Shown one piece after another: positions 39,315 through 51,520 of a stretch of DNA of 64,000 bases. Within the stretch, counting starts at the first letter, position 1, and each line of letters begins with the position of its first letter. Source of the DNA: the human T2T-CHM13v2.0 reference genome, Homo sapiens; assembly GCF_009914755.1 (NCBI RefSeq), contig NC_060925.1; one strand, 5' to 3'. A program made the translations under genes and the position numbers. The notes below the pieces were generated by a model that worked only from the letters and a program-made list of their open reading frames with translations, was not told the origin of the DNA and made no database searches.

Positions 39315-39421
39315 AGAAAGAGAGAGAGAGAGGAGGAAGGAAGGAAGGAAGGAAGGAAGGAAGGAAGGAAGGAAGGAAGGAAGGAAAGAAGAAGCAAGGA
39401 AGGAAGGAAGGAAGGAAGGAA
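39315..39421 (+). repeat. (GA)n plus (GGAA)n microsatellite
   Basis: 13 consecutive GGAA at 39335-39386 and 6 more at 39398-39421. Confidence 0.97.
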
Positions 39422-39994
39422 AAAATGTTTTATCCTAGCAATTCTATCCAGAAGTTACCTGCAGCTTAAATGTACATTTTCATTTCACAACTGAATCTTT
39501 CTTTCTTTACCTTCTCACTACATTGCCTGTCTGGTTGAATTTATGACCACTGAACTGCATTTTGCTTTATTCTTCTAAAAGTGGTTTAAAAGTGTTCTGG
39601 AACTCTCCAAACAATAAAATCTAACAAGAGTAATGTCTTCTAAACAATAACTCATTTTTAAATGGTCAATAAATACAAACAAAGCAGGTGCCCAAAGTTC
39701 TCTTTGTAACTTACTAGTGAGAAGGATTAGGAAGAAAAACCCATGTGGACCTGTTGCATAGTGACAGTTATATGGATCCCTTCCAGGCCAGCACTGAACC
39801 CCAAGCCAGCTCACTGTAGGTCATTTAGCACAATGTAGTTGGAAAACAACACCTGGAAGCAATGGCTCCTGTCTTTTCGACCAGTTTATCTTCAGAAGTT
39901 CTAGTAGTTGGGATTGGAATGGAATGGGAGATTCTTTTAATTTTGAAGCTAATTTGGCTTCGCTGAAACCCAGTTACCAGATCCCATGTGACAG

Positions 39995-40125
39995 ATGGTG
40001 AACATATAATTAGTCAACTCAATCAGAACAATTTAAAAGTAAAAGATAATGCCATTAATAATTACAATGAAACAACTTGCTCAAAGCAGGGATCTCTCAG
40101 GCAGACTGGGACCTATGTCAAACCT
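39995..40125 (+). mobile_element. MER94 (hAT-Blackjack) MITE
   Basis: GGTGAACATATAATT...GCCATTAATAATTAC...GGCAGACTGGGACCTATGTCAAACCT matches the MER94 layout and length. Confidence 0.65.
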
Positions 40126-43100
40126 AAAAATGACAAATTTGCAGAGTTCTTATATATCTTTGTATCCTATATGAATAACATGGATCATATACTCTTAACA
40201 CTTATTATCACACACAATAATAACATTTGTATAATCCACACCATATTATGATCATACCAACAGTTTTTGAAACCTTTCCAATAATTCCTGATGAGTATTA
40301 CAGATATTTTTTGTCTGTCTTTCTGCCTTTCTTTGATTTTTTGTAGTCTTTAAATTTACTCACTATTATAATATTGATTATATTTAATCAATATATTTTA
40401 TATATGTTGTAAGCCTATGAATATATTGAAGACAATTACTTCAGAAATTCAATTTTAATTTGTAAGAAAATAAAAATGTAATAAATTTAATTTTTAAAAT
40501 ATTAAACTGTATTTCTAAAAACTGAATTTAGATTTTGGTACTCATTTTCTGTCATCTGATGATCTTAAAAAGGAAAGTAAGTATTCCTATTCAAACACGC
40601 ACACATAAATGCACGTACAAACAAATAAAAGCCTTATGTTATACACCATTATTGTTACCTCCCTGAGCCACAGATTTGTGACTATATTAAAGCTGCATTT
40701 TCCTGGAGTTTGAAAACTATAAGTTCACAGCCTGTGAGGTAGAAAAGTGATTAAATAACCTTGAGCCCATCGGTAGTACCTGCCTCCCCAAAAGTTGTAT
40801 CTTAGTAACTATATTCAGAATGTTCACATAACTCAAATGTACTATTCATGGCCCAAAGAGTTTAAACAGATGATGCACATAAATCAGAATCAATAGGATG
40901 ATGCAAAACAAATCTTAATTTCCCATTGGATTGTGTTTTAGAGTTATTCTGATAGTGGTTGCAACACCTTTTAACTGGGCTCTTTTCTCCTTTCCTGTCC
41001 TCCACTTCTACCCTCGCTGCTTGACTCTGGCTCTGTTTTTGTCACTGTTCCTGGTCAAGTCCGAAGGTCTCATTCCTTACTTGATTCTTGTGGTTAAGGC
41101 TTGGGAGACCATTTAATTGCTCCATCTTCTCTCTGCCTATTCTGAAACTAACATGTGTCAGTGTCTATAAGGCCTCAGGAACAGGTTTATTTCTATCTTT
41201 TATGAAACTTACATAAAGTTAAATTATTTACTGCAAATTGTGAGGAGCATAAGAGATGAGATTTTATCCATAATTATGTTTACATAAGTACTTACAGTAA
41301 GTATTTGAATGGGTAAAAAATCTTATAATTTTGTGGGGTTGAAGCATTTTACTCTATCTTTACTATAAACAGCTTTTCCTTGATCAAGGATACTAACTAA
41401 TTTTGTATACAGTGTTCTATTTTCTAACTATACTTGAGTTTTAAATTAGATTATATTTGCTTTTTAGGTCATTTTAATATCAGGCAATATGGCACATATT
41501 TGTCTTATCTTATTTAATATTCACAACAATCCTATACAGTAACTACTGATTATCTTTGTTTTACAAAAAAGGGAGCTCTAGGGAAACATAGGACTAATAA
41601 GTGAAGGGCAATACCCAGGCAGTCCTTATTTTTCAACCTCCAAAATTCCCTACATATATGAATAATTGCATATTCACCTATAATTCTCTACTAACAGAAA
41701 TATAAGACTCAACTTCCAGTATTATATGTTTAATGGGACCCCTTATACACATACAGGGCAACCATAATTTCTGGCTTACTTCAGGCTTGACTTTATATTT
41801 CCGATACCCCAAAATGCCATCTCATTTTATATTGAATAAGTTGGATTCAGTGAAGTCAGTGAATGTAAATTATTACAGTATTAATAAACAAGTCATTTTT
41901 GGTAAATTGCAGCTGTTTCTTCAAAATGTCTATAAATGCCATTTCCTATACTGGCAACAAGCAAAGCAGTTTTATTTTCATCTTGATGTCAAGGTGCAAT
42001 GTGAGCTATAATGGTTCTTGTGCATGCTAGCAATTACTTAATATGCTTTAAATTCTATTTAACTTGATATTCCGAAATTCATTCTGACAAAGGTAAGGTC
42101 TCGAGTAAGAAAAAAACAAAAATAAAGCAGGATTTTAAGAGTTACAATAAATATAATTTTACAAACAAAATGTTTTAAGTTCATATAATAGTCATGACAA
42201 AAGGCTGCATAAATAAATCATAAAACACTCAAAAAAAATTAAACTCCCTTGTTGCATGTAACTTAAATTGCAGCATTAAAAATCTGTTTAATGTAATTAA
42301 CAAGAGACAGACCTATGGGGAAGGTAGTGATAATTTCTGACTCTTTTTTCTTCAGAGATTACACATGCATTAGCATTCATTTCAACTTGTCACTAAATGA
42401 AAACTTCATTCTCTCTTTGCTTTCCCAATCACAGATGGTATGAGGAAGAGAGAAAGAGAGGAAAATACTAGTAGATTATTCTTTGAATTATAATTTATTA
42501 AATTTCAGAAAGAGAAATCCAAACTAATTGAAATAAAAGAGGATGGGATTGTTTTTAAGGGGAAGACACATCTCATAGAAATTAAAAAAAAATTCTGAGC
42601 GTTCTGACATTACAAAGGGAACAAATTTCATCACTGGGTACCACTGGGGAGCAGTTTATGAGCCTGTGCACTAATATTGGACTATTAACATCAATCATTT
42701 ATACCCAATGTGTCTTTTCTTATATGTCACTTCTGACTGACTACCTTTTCATATACTTTCTCATTCAACAGCCAGAGAAAGAACACCATATTTTTTTGTT
42801 TTCTAACCAGATAATATATTGGAAATCCAGTGATGTCTAACTGAACATACAAGATCACATAATATAGCTGGCCATGTCTAAGGGTTGTAAGGAGGGTAAA
42901 ACATATTAAGTTAAAATAGGAATAATTGACATACCAATTCCTTCTCAAACATGTTTTTGTAGAATTTGTATTAGGACAGTTAATCTATTCTTGATTATAT
43001 TTCTTATCACAAGTCATGCAATTCACTTCCTTGAATTAGAATGAAAGAAAAGTGCAAAGACTTCTGTGTCTCTGTTTTAAATTATCTAGAGCTCAGTCTT

Positions 43101-43849
43101 TAAAATTCATTAACAGTTTTCTTAATCCTCCAACAATCATTGCTCCAGCTTTCTCTTTTAGAAATTCATGAAATGCTGGAGATGTTCATCTCCTTGAATT
43201 ATCAATGATTCTACAAATCATTATATATGTGCCTTCACCAGATATGGCTTAATGGTTTTTAGGCTCCTTTGGGTTAAGTGGGCCCATTACATTTTTCTAT
43301 TCTTATTTAGAAATCCTAAATTCTATTTTTTTCTCTCTCTTACCATCACAAAACACTTCAACATCTCAATCCTATTTCCCTGTGTTTTTTTGGTGTTTAA
43401 CTGATTTCTCTCTAATTCTATGTGACTTGTACTTATTTCAAATGTGTATCCCATAAGCAATGACATTGATGATAACAATATGCAGGCTTTGAAATATTAT
43501 TTTATTCTGACTTAGGGGTATTATCCTGGAAAATAACAAAAACTAATAATTTAGGAATAAAAAATGCATTTTCTTTAAAATATATGCTTTAAGGCGAAAA
43601 TCACTGAACACAAGTTAGAGAAGTTCATCTGTCATTCTGTGATGCCAGAAGAGTGAGGTAATCCAAAAGACTTGAGATGGTAGTTAAAGAAAAAAAAAAA
43701 AAGAATAAAACACAGCATTACCCATTGTGCTATCCATTCCAGTAAATTTTATCCAGTTTGTCGAACACAATCCGAGGTAGAGCTCTCAGTCAATCTGAAA
43801 CAATGGGGCTTTTGCATGTCCATGACTTGTCACTATAAGAATCAACTGG

Positions 43850-44270
<421 letters not shown>

Positions 44271-44309
44271 TATGCAATTATGGTTGACATTTAGATTAAA
44301 AGAGGCCTG

Positions 44310-44520
44310 GTAACTAATACGGATTCCAAAACTTACTAGTTGTCTGACCATGGGGAAAGTAACATACTTAACCATTTAAAGCCTCAATTTCATCATCTAT
44401 AAAATTGGTATAATAATATTTACACTCAGTGCATAGGGCTACTGTGGATATTGAGATAATGCATGTAAAATAGTTAATCTCAGGGCGTGTACATATGTTT
44501 CCTAAAACATAATAGTAAAT
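44310..44520 (+). mobile_element. MIR
   Basis: ACTTACTAGTTGTCTGACCATGGGGAAAG...GCCTCAATTTCATCATCTATAAAATTGGTATAATAAT...GAGATAATGCATGTAAA. Confidence 0.75.
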
Positions 44521-44907
44521 CAATGTTAATAGTATAATCTTCCTCATCATCAACAATAACTGGTTCATTAGCTTTGTTTGTTTGGACAAATTACAGAAGC
44601 ATTCTGAGTCTTAGTTTATTTAACCTATAAATGATCACAAAGAATCTACTTCACATAGCCATGGGTCAAATATATAAAATAGTAAATGACTTAAAGCACC
44701 TAACATATTACCCGTATAAAGTTGGTGTTCAAAATTGTAATGAGCATTAATTTCAGTTTCACTGGATGAAAATTATTATTCTACTAAAGCCTGACAGACT
44801 GGTAATTCATTAAAATCACTTACTAAAAGAGAGGAGTGTAGCTCTTCTAGGCATTATTTTATAATAACATGGGCACACATAGGTGCTACCAGTTCTCTTC
44901 TCATCCC

Positions 44908-45928
44908 CTACCATTACTGAATGCACAAATCTGTCCAAAATTCATATGGCAAAAACTAATCACCAAGGAATTGGTGTTAGAAGGTGGGGCTTTTTAGAAG
45001 GTGATTAGGTCATGAGAGGTCTATTCACATGAATGGGATTAATGACTTTATAGATAAAGTGTAAGGGAGCTTCTTGCTCCTTTTTGTCTTTTCCCCTTCC
45101 ATCCCTTCTGCCACGCGAGGACACAGTGTTCAGGTGCCATCTTTGAGACAGAAAGTGATGCAGGATAGGTAGCCAAGGAAGTAACCACGTCCTCAGGATG
45201 CAACAACTGTGGCGACTGCACTAACACAATATGCCCCATCATATGCATTGTCGTCAAGTTCATTCAAGCAAAGCATCTCCAGTAGGAAAATTCCCCTATA
45301 GAGAACATGTGCATTTTGATTTTACCTGTCCTTAGACTGACCCTTTGCTCATTATAATAGTGAAAAACACACTATTTGTGGACATTTAAGGTGGTAATGA
45401 GATATCCAAGGTATGAACAAGCATGTATAGCTACTATGCATGTGCACCCAGAGGACCAACCAAAACATGGTTTCTAGTAACACCTGCTCCCACCCCCTTA
45501 TGAATAATCATGTAAGACTCCCATAAAGGGAGTCTCCTTAGTGCCAGTCTTTGTTGTCTTATCCATAGAGCAACCTGCCCTGAATCCTCTCTCAGGGTAT
45601 ACTCTCTATACTGTCTTCACCTAACTTTCAGAATATTCTTTCTCCTTTGCAATAAATTTATCTAAGCTTCATCTTCTTTGCTGCATGTCTCTTGTTTAAA
45701 GTATCTTAAACTGAGAAGACAAGAATCAAGATTTCACAACAGCTGTCAACAAGAGCAGGCCCTCATGAGACTTCACATCTAATGCCACTGTGATTTTGGG
45801 CTTCCCAGGCTCCAGAACTATGAGAAAATAAATTTCTATTGTTTATAAATTACAAATTATATCAAATGTATAAATAATTTCTATTAATTACAAATTATTT
45901 TGTTACAGCAGCACTAACAAACTAAATA
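44908..45928 (+). mobile_element. MaLR LTR (MLT1A0/MSTD-like) split by an ERV1 LTR
   Basis: CAAAATTCATATG...AGGTGGGGCTTTTTAGAAGGTGATTAGGTCATGAG...GGTGCCATCTTTGA [LTR] AGCAGGCCCTCA...CTCCAGAACTATGAGAAAATAAATTTCT. Confidence 0.8.
45156..45751 (+). mobile_element. ERV1 (MER4-group) solo LTR, LTR49-like
   Basis: TGATGCAGGATAGGTAGCCAAGGAAG...TTATGAATAATCATGTAAGACTCCCATAAAGGG...CAATAAA...CAACA, 596 bp. 4-bp flanks AAAG/AGAG. Confidence 0.8.
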
Positions 45929-46003
45929 ATTACCAAGCAGAGGGAAAAATATCTCTTACTTTCCCATACCTCTTAATTTCCTCTAAAACATTGACTGCTA
46001 AAT

Positions 46004-46233
46004 AAGATTGCCAAGTTCACAAATAAAAACCTAAGTCACTTAATAAAATTTGAATTTCAGATTAACAAAAGATACATTTTTAGTATCTTACGATTAATAG
46101 ACCTCATGCATATTTTACATAGGTATATCCCATGCAGTATTTGGGAAATACGTGTAGTACAAAAGTATTTATTGCTTATCTAAAATTCAGATATTTCTGA
46201 ATATCCTGCTTTGTTTTGTTTTTTGGCAATCTT
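46004..46233. mobile_element. MER53 palindromic hAT MITE
   Basis: TIRs AAGATTGCCAA / TTGGCAATCTT. Internal AAATTTGAATTTCAGAT and CCCATGCAGTATTTGGGA. Confidence 0.85.
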
Positions 46234-46912
46234 GCTCTTAAGTAAATTATTAGACATTTATCTTAAACTGATTTTTCACTTGTATAAAAATGTTTATGAA
46301 AGTTGAACCTACAGGCTAGGTAATTCCCTCTCCCATGAAGATATATGGTTGAGCCTGACTATAGGTAGCCTCAGAAGGCATTTTCTGACTCTTGATCACA
46401 AAGATTCAGAAATTTGGGCAGTAAATGATTATCTATTTGACTAACCTATAATTTTCCTAAGTTGGCTAGACAATGTCAGTTATTTTCATTTCATTTCTGC
46501 ATACTCTTTTTTCTCCTTAAGCTTTTCAGAATTTTTGCCTTCTTCAGAAAGTAGAAGATATCCATAATGTGTTTCTTATTGCTACTTTGCTAAGTGTCCC
46601 TGGGGACCCATCTGTCTGAAAAAGCCCTCCTGTCAGCAGTAGGGTGTCAAGGGTGACTGCCAACCTGAGAAAGGCATCGGCACTATTCTTGACATGGTGT
46701 TTTCTCTTATTTCTCAACTTTTATGTCAAAACCAATTTGAAAATAGCAAGCTAAGTTTTATAAGTAACACATAATAAAATCTTGCCTGGGACTGATAAAG
46801 AGAAAAAATTTCACATTTATACATTGCAAGATCAATGGATCTAAGATCTATATCAAAAGTTGGGCTAAACAACAACAAACCAAACTATTAGTATAGTGTA
46901 TTATGCAGGATC

Positions 46913-47637
46913 ATGGGAGCGGAAGTGTCACCACTCACCACCGCCCCTAGTGACCCACTAGCAAAAATTTTGCCTCCTGTTCCCACGACATTATGGTCTG
47001 TTGGCCTAGGGGTCTTAGTTCCAGAGGGAGGAATGCTGCCACTAGGAGACACAGCAATTATTCGGTTAAACTGGAATTTAAGATTGCCAACTGGCCACTT
47101 TGGGCTCCTCCTACCTCTAAATCAACAAGCTAAGAAGGGCAGGATTACAAATGGCCCAGACCCTTCAGGAATGAAGTTTGGGTCGCTATACTAGGTAAAA
47201 ATCATGACCCACTGAGGTGCTTGCTGAAGGTAAAGGGAATATGAAATGGGTAGGAGAAGAAGGTATTCATCAGTTCCAGCTATTACCACATGACCAGATG
47301 CAGAAATGAGGAAAGTAAGGAGGAAATGAATATTTCCTCTTTATTTTGTTAAGAACATGTTTGTGCATGGATATACTAAGAAAATATCTTCATTTTATTT
47401 CCTTTATTTTTGTGTTATCATGAGACATAAGATTTATTGACTTCTCATTAGCATTTAAGTGTTGTTCGCTTTATGTAATAGTAACAACATTTAGGTTAAG
47501 GATTGGTGTGCTTACAGTTGTATGAATGATGGATGTATTTTATTAGGTGGAATTATGACCTTATTGTCTGTCTTTTTTTGGAGATTGTCTATGACTTCAG
47601 GATATGTGTGTGTGTTCAAGTTGAAAACAGGTGGACT
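46913..47637 (+). mobile_element. HERVL internal 3' remnant (integrase C-terminus/dUTPase region, PPT)
   Basis: EVSPLTTAPSDPLAKILPPVPTTLWSVGLGVLVPEGGMLPLGDT.II.LNWNLRLPTGHFGLLLPLNQQAKKG, typical of ERVL. Ends in a purine-rich tract just before the LTR. Confidence 0.88.
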
Positions 47638-48185
47638 TGTGGGGGTTAAGTGTCAACTTGGTTGGATTGAAGGATGCAAAGTATTGTTTCTCGATGTACT
47701 TGAGTGTTGCCAGAAGAGATTGACATTTGAGTCAGTGGATTGGGAGAGGAAGACCCACCCTTGGGAAGAATCACCCATAATGTGGATGGACACCATCCCA
47801 TCAGCTGCCAGCATGGCTAGAAAAAGCAGGTAGAAGAAGGTGGAAGAAGCTGACTTGGTGACTCTTCTGGCTTTCATCTTTCTCCCATGCTGAATGCTTC
47901 CTGCCAGTGAATGTCAGAGTCCGAGTTCTTCAGCTTTTGGACTCTTGGGCTTATACCAGTGGTTTTCCAGGGGCTCTCCAGCCTTTGGCCACAGACTGAA
48001 GGCTGCACTGTCTGCTTCCCTACTTTTGAGGTTTGGGGACTGGTTTCCTTGCTCCTCAACTTGCAGATGGCCTATTGTGGGACTTCACCTTGTGATCGTG
48101 TGAGTGAATTCTCCTTAATAAACTCCCTTTCCTATATACATATATCCTATTAGTTCTGTCCTTCTAGAGAGCCTTAACTAATACA
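47638..48185 (+). mobile_element. HERVL 3' LTR, MLT2A2-like
   Basis: TGTCAACTTGGTTGGATTGAAGGATGCAAAGTATTG...TTAATAAACTCCCTTT...CTAATACA, 548 bp. Confidence 0.9.
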
Positions 48186-49396
48186 ATGGGCTAGCTGCGA
48201 AATAGGAGATTCTTGTAGTATTCCATACTGTACTAAGGGATTCTGGCAAATAATGAGGGTTTCAAATGCATTTCCCTTCTTTATAATTATATGGCAAAAT
48301 ATCCACTGAGAAATATAAATATTTAAAAAATAATGATATACTTCATACTAATCTAGTTTTTATTTTAAATATTCCATGGTATAGTTTCAAAAAAACTTAC
48401 ATGAGTTTGTTTAAAATGACCACTTTGTAGTCTGTGTAGCCAAATAACATCAAATAAGCTGAGAGTAAACCATTCTGCAGTGATTGGGAGCACAGTGTTG
48501 AAAATCTAGGGGCATGCTCATTCTCTTATTAGAGTCTCACAGCTCTGAGATGGTGTGGTGATTTGTCTCCTACAGGCTTTTATTGAACCTTTGCTCACTT
48601 CCCTTCTAGTCTGTATCATACAGCGCAGGTATGGTTGATTGCCCAAGCTGTAAGCTTCTGGAAGGCAAAATGCATCTCTAAATAAGAATGTTAAAAGTAG
48701 CGCTGCTATTGAGTGCTTTTGTGATGGACACTGTACTGAGCTCTTTCTGAATACTTTTTTTTAAATCATCATGACAGTATTATAAGTTAGATATAATTAT
48801 CCCAGTTCAAGCAGTTTGTCCAGGGTGATCTAGATACTACATATTTTGAATTCAAATTCAAATTGTGGTATACATTCAAAGCTTCTAGTAATATAAAGTC
48901 TTGTGGGTCACATTACCTTTCTGGTCAGGATGTGCCATAGTGAATAACATAAAATGTGTGTACAGTGAAATATTACTTTAAAAAATAACTAATGCCAAAG
49001 TTATATACTCATAACCCTGATTTTACTGATGCTTATTCCTTTTTAATTATTTGATACTGGCCATTTCTATTTTCTCAGAAAAATAAGCAAGGCATTCCAT
49101 TTCAATACATAGTACACATTGTAAAATTTTCTAATAATCTGAATAGAAGTAACAAAAATTAATTATGTATAGAAAATCTATAGTTATTAGAATAAATGGA
49201 ATATTTACATATAGAGGGAATGGAATAGTTTTTCCATTCAGGCTGCAAGGATTTAAACTTTTCCAGAACTCCAACAATTATCATGTTTATAAAGAAATAA
49301 TATTTTTGGACAGCTATTTACAACATGTCCTCAAGGCAGAATCATTATTATACTTACACCACACAATAAATATATATGTGTGGATACATATATAAA

Positions 49397-49399
<3 letters not shown>

Positions 49400-49432
<33 letters not shown>

Positions 49433-49451
49433 GGAGAGAGAGAGAGAGAGA
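49400..49451 (+). repeat. (CA)n(GA)n microsatellite
   Basis: Seen directly. Confidence 0.95.
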
Positions 49452-51339
49452 CATGATTATTAAATATGATGCATGAGGAAATCAGAGTGAAAAAAATAGC
49501 AGAGGAAATGCAATTATAAAATTACAGAATAAGCTTTAAAACATGGATGTGGTATGCAACTAAGATGTATTTGGGATTTGACACATACTAGATAATGAAG
49601 ATAAAGTTATACTTATTAAAAAAGTATAATATCTGTACAGCTAGGCTCCCATTTTTTAAATGAAAAAATGTCACATTTCAGTGTTCCATTTCCCACAAGA
49701 CATAAATAAATAAATGAGTCCTCAAGTACAGTGCATGCTAACCCTGATTGAATTATTTTATTCTTATTCTTACATCTTCTTATGCTTCTTATTTATTACA
49801 TGGCTTCAATGTCAGGGAAAGAGGTAAAATGATTCAATATGATGACTTTTATGAATAATAATTTCTAAGGCACTACGTTCAACTTTCAGTGATTTGAAAA
49901 AACATATGCATTGAAGTATTCCAAAAACATTATTAGTGAAACTTGAGGAAAGATTGGAAATAACATTACTCTTACATTAAGCTGTCTATTATGTAATTTA
50001 TTCCTGAGTTTTTCCTATTGGCATTTGCTTGCTGGCATTGAAATTCTTGTCAATCATCAGTAAGAACTTTTTTTTCCATGTAAGAAAGACCAATGTCTAA
50101 AATAAAACATTATGAAAGAACAAAAATACACCCTTTAATGATTCCTTATGATTATTCTGATCATTTAGTCATAAGTTTTTCTTAATTTATTTTAAATCTT
50201 TGTTTTAGAAGCGGAGCTTTTTACTCAAAATAATTGTGCTTTCCCTTGGTAGTTTTTATTTTAAAAGTAGTAATTTATCTAATTGTTAAGTTGTGTGTTC
50301 TAATTCCTAAAGACACTGTCATATTTTTCAAGTTTTTACTTCTGAATAACTTTTATTTAAATATTAGCTGGTATTCATACATATGATATTGCTTGACATT
50401 CCTGCCTAGCTTTATTAAAAATTATTATAATATTGCTTCTGAGGAACTTAGATATAATTTCCAATAGCCCTTCCACAATAGACCACCACCAAAAGGGAAT
50501 GTCTATGCCCTTCATTCTGATGGCTCACTATCAGCCAGTAGTATTCAATTTCCAGAAAACTCTGACCCTTACTTCACTCAGTTTGGAGTTATCATCCTCT
50601 TACAGAGAAAAAAAAGATCCATCCATTTTTAAATGGAAGTACATTTTCTCATTTAGACATCCTCCCAAAAGGCATAAAAAGTAATTTTCTACTCTTGAAA
50701 CTTCTGTTCTTAACATTTTATTTTGTCTGATCTTATGAAACATGATACAAGTAGATTTCACTAGGGTTGTATGGAATAGAAAGTGGAGAGAACAATTAGA
50801 CTGCTCTTTCATTTAATAAGCACCGAACTGAAACTAACATCACATTCAAAATGATTCTTAAAAAAATAAGAGATTTCACCATAGTGAATACAATTTTATG
50901 AATACAATGCATTTCAATAAGCATTTATTGTAATAAAATATGTATTATTTAGTTTACAAGGAAACTTGAAGCATATTTGATTTTCACAGAAACATTATAT
51001 AACTTAAACGCAAATACATTATTATCTCTGCTTTAGAAATGAGAAAAGTAAAATTCAGAGATATTAATTTCTGAATCGGTTCTAGGACAAATAGCTGGTT
51101 CTAGGCCAAATAGCCAACTGGAGTAGAGTCATGACCATATGGAAGGCATTATGTATCCAACGCTGGTGCTTCTCCCAGTATTCTATTCTCTGCCACCCTA
51201 TACAAGACATGTGCAGCAGCCTATAGAAAAATATATAGCTAAAATATGATCCATGACCTTGAGGAGCTTACACTCTATAGAGGTAAAAAATAAGTAGTCC
51301 AAGAGTTAGAATTTAGGGAAAATTGGATAAAAAATTATT

Positions 51340-51520
51340 TATTTTGCTTACTTGCTTACTTACTGGTTATGGTCTCTATTCAACTACTGGAATATAAATT
51401 CCATAAGGGCAGGGATCTTTGTCTGTTTTCTTTTTTTTTTTTTCTTTAAGGCTGTATCCACAAAACCTAAAGCAATGCCTGATAGTCATTCAACAAGCAG
51501 TTTTCAGTGAATGAATAAGA
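51340..51520 (+). mobile_element. L2 3' end
   Basis: CTGGAATATAAATTCCATAAGGGCAGGGATCTTTGTCTGTTTT...GCTGTATCC...AATGCCTG...TGAATGAAT. Confidence 0.75.

Noticed and set aside
41288-41306. Short palindromes such as TACTTAC-A-GTAAGTA (and CATCCTC-A-GAGGATG near 21234)
   Set aside because: Several 7-bp stems are expected by chance in 64 kb of AT-rich DNA.
46913-47194. 93-aa ORF as a possible functional dUTPase/integrase gene
   Set aside because: A truncated, internally deleted HERVL remnant with no complete domain.
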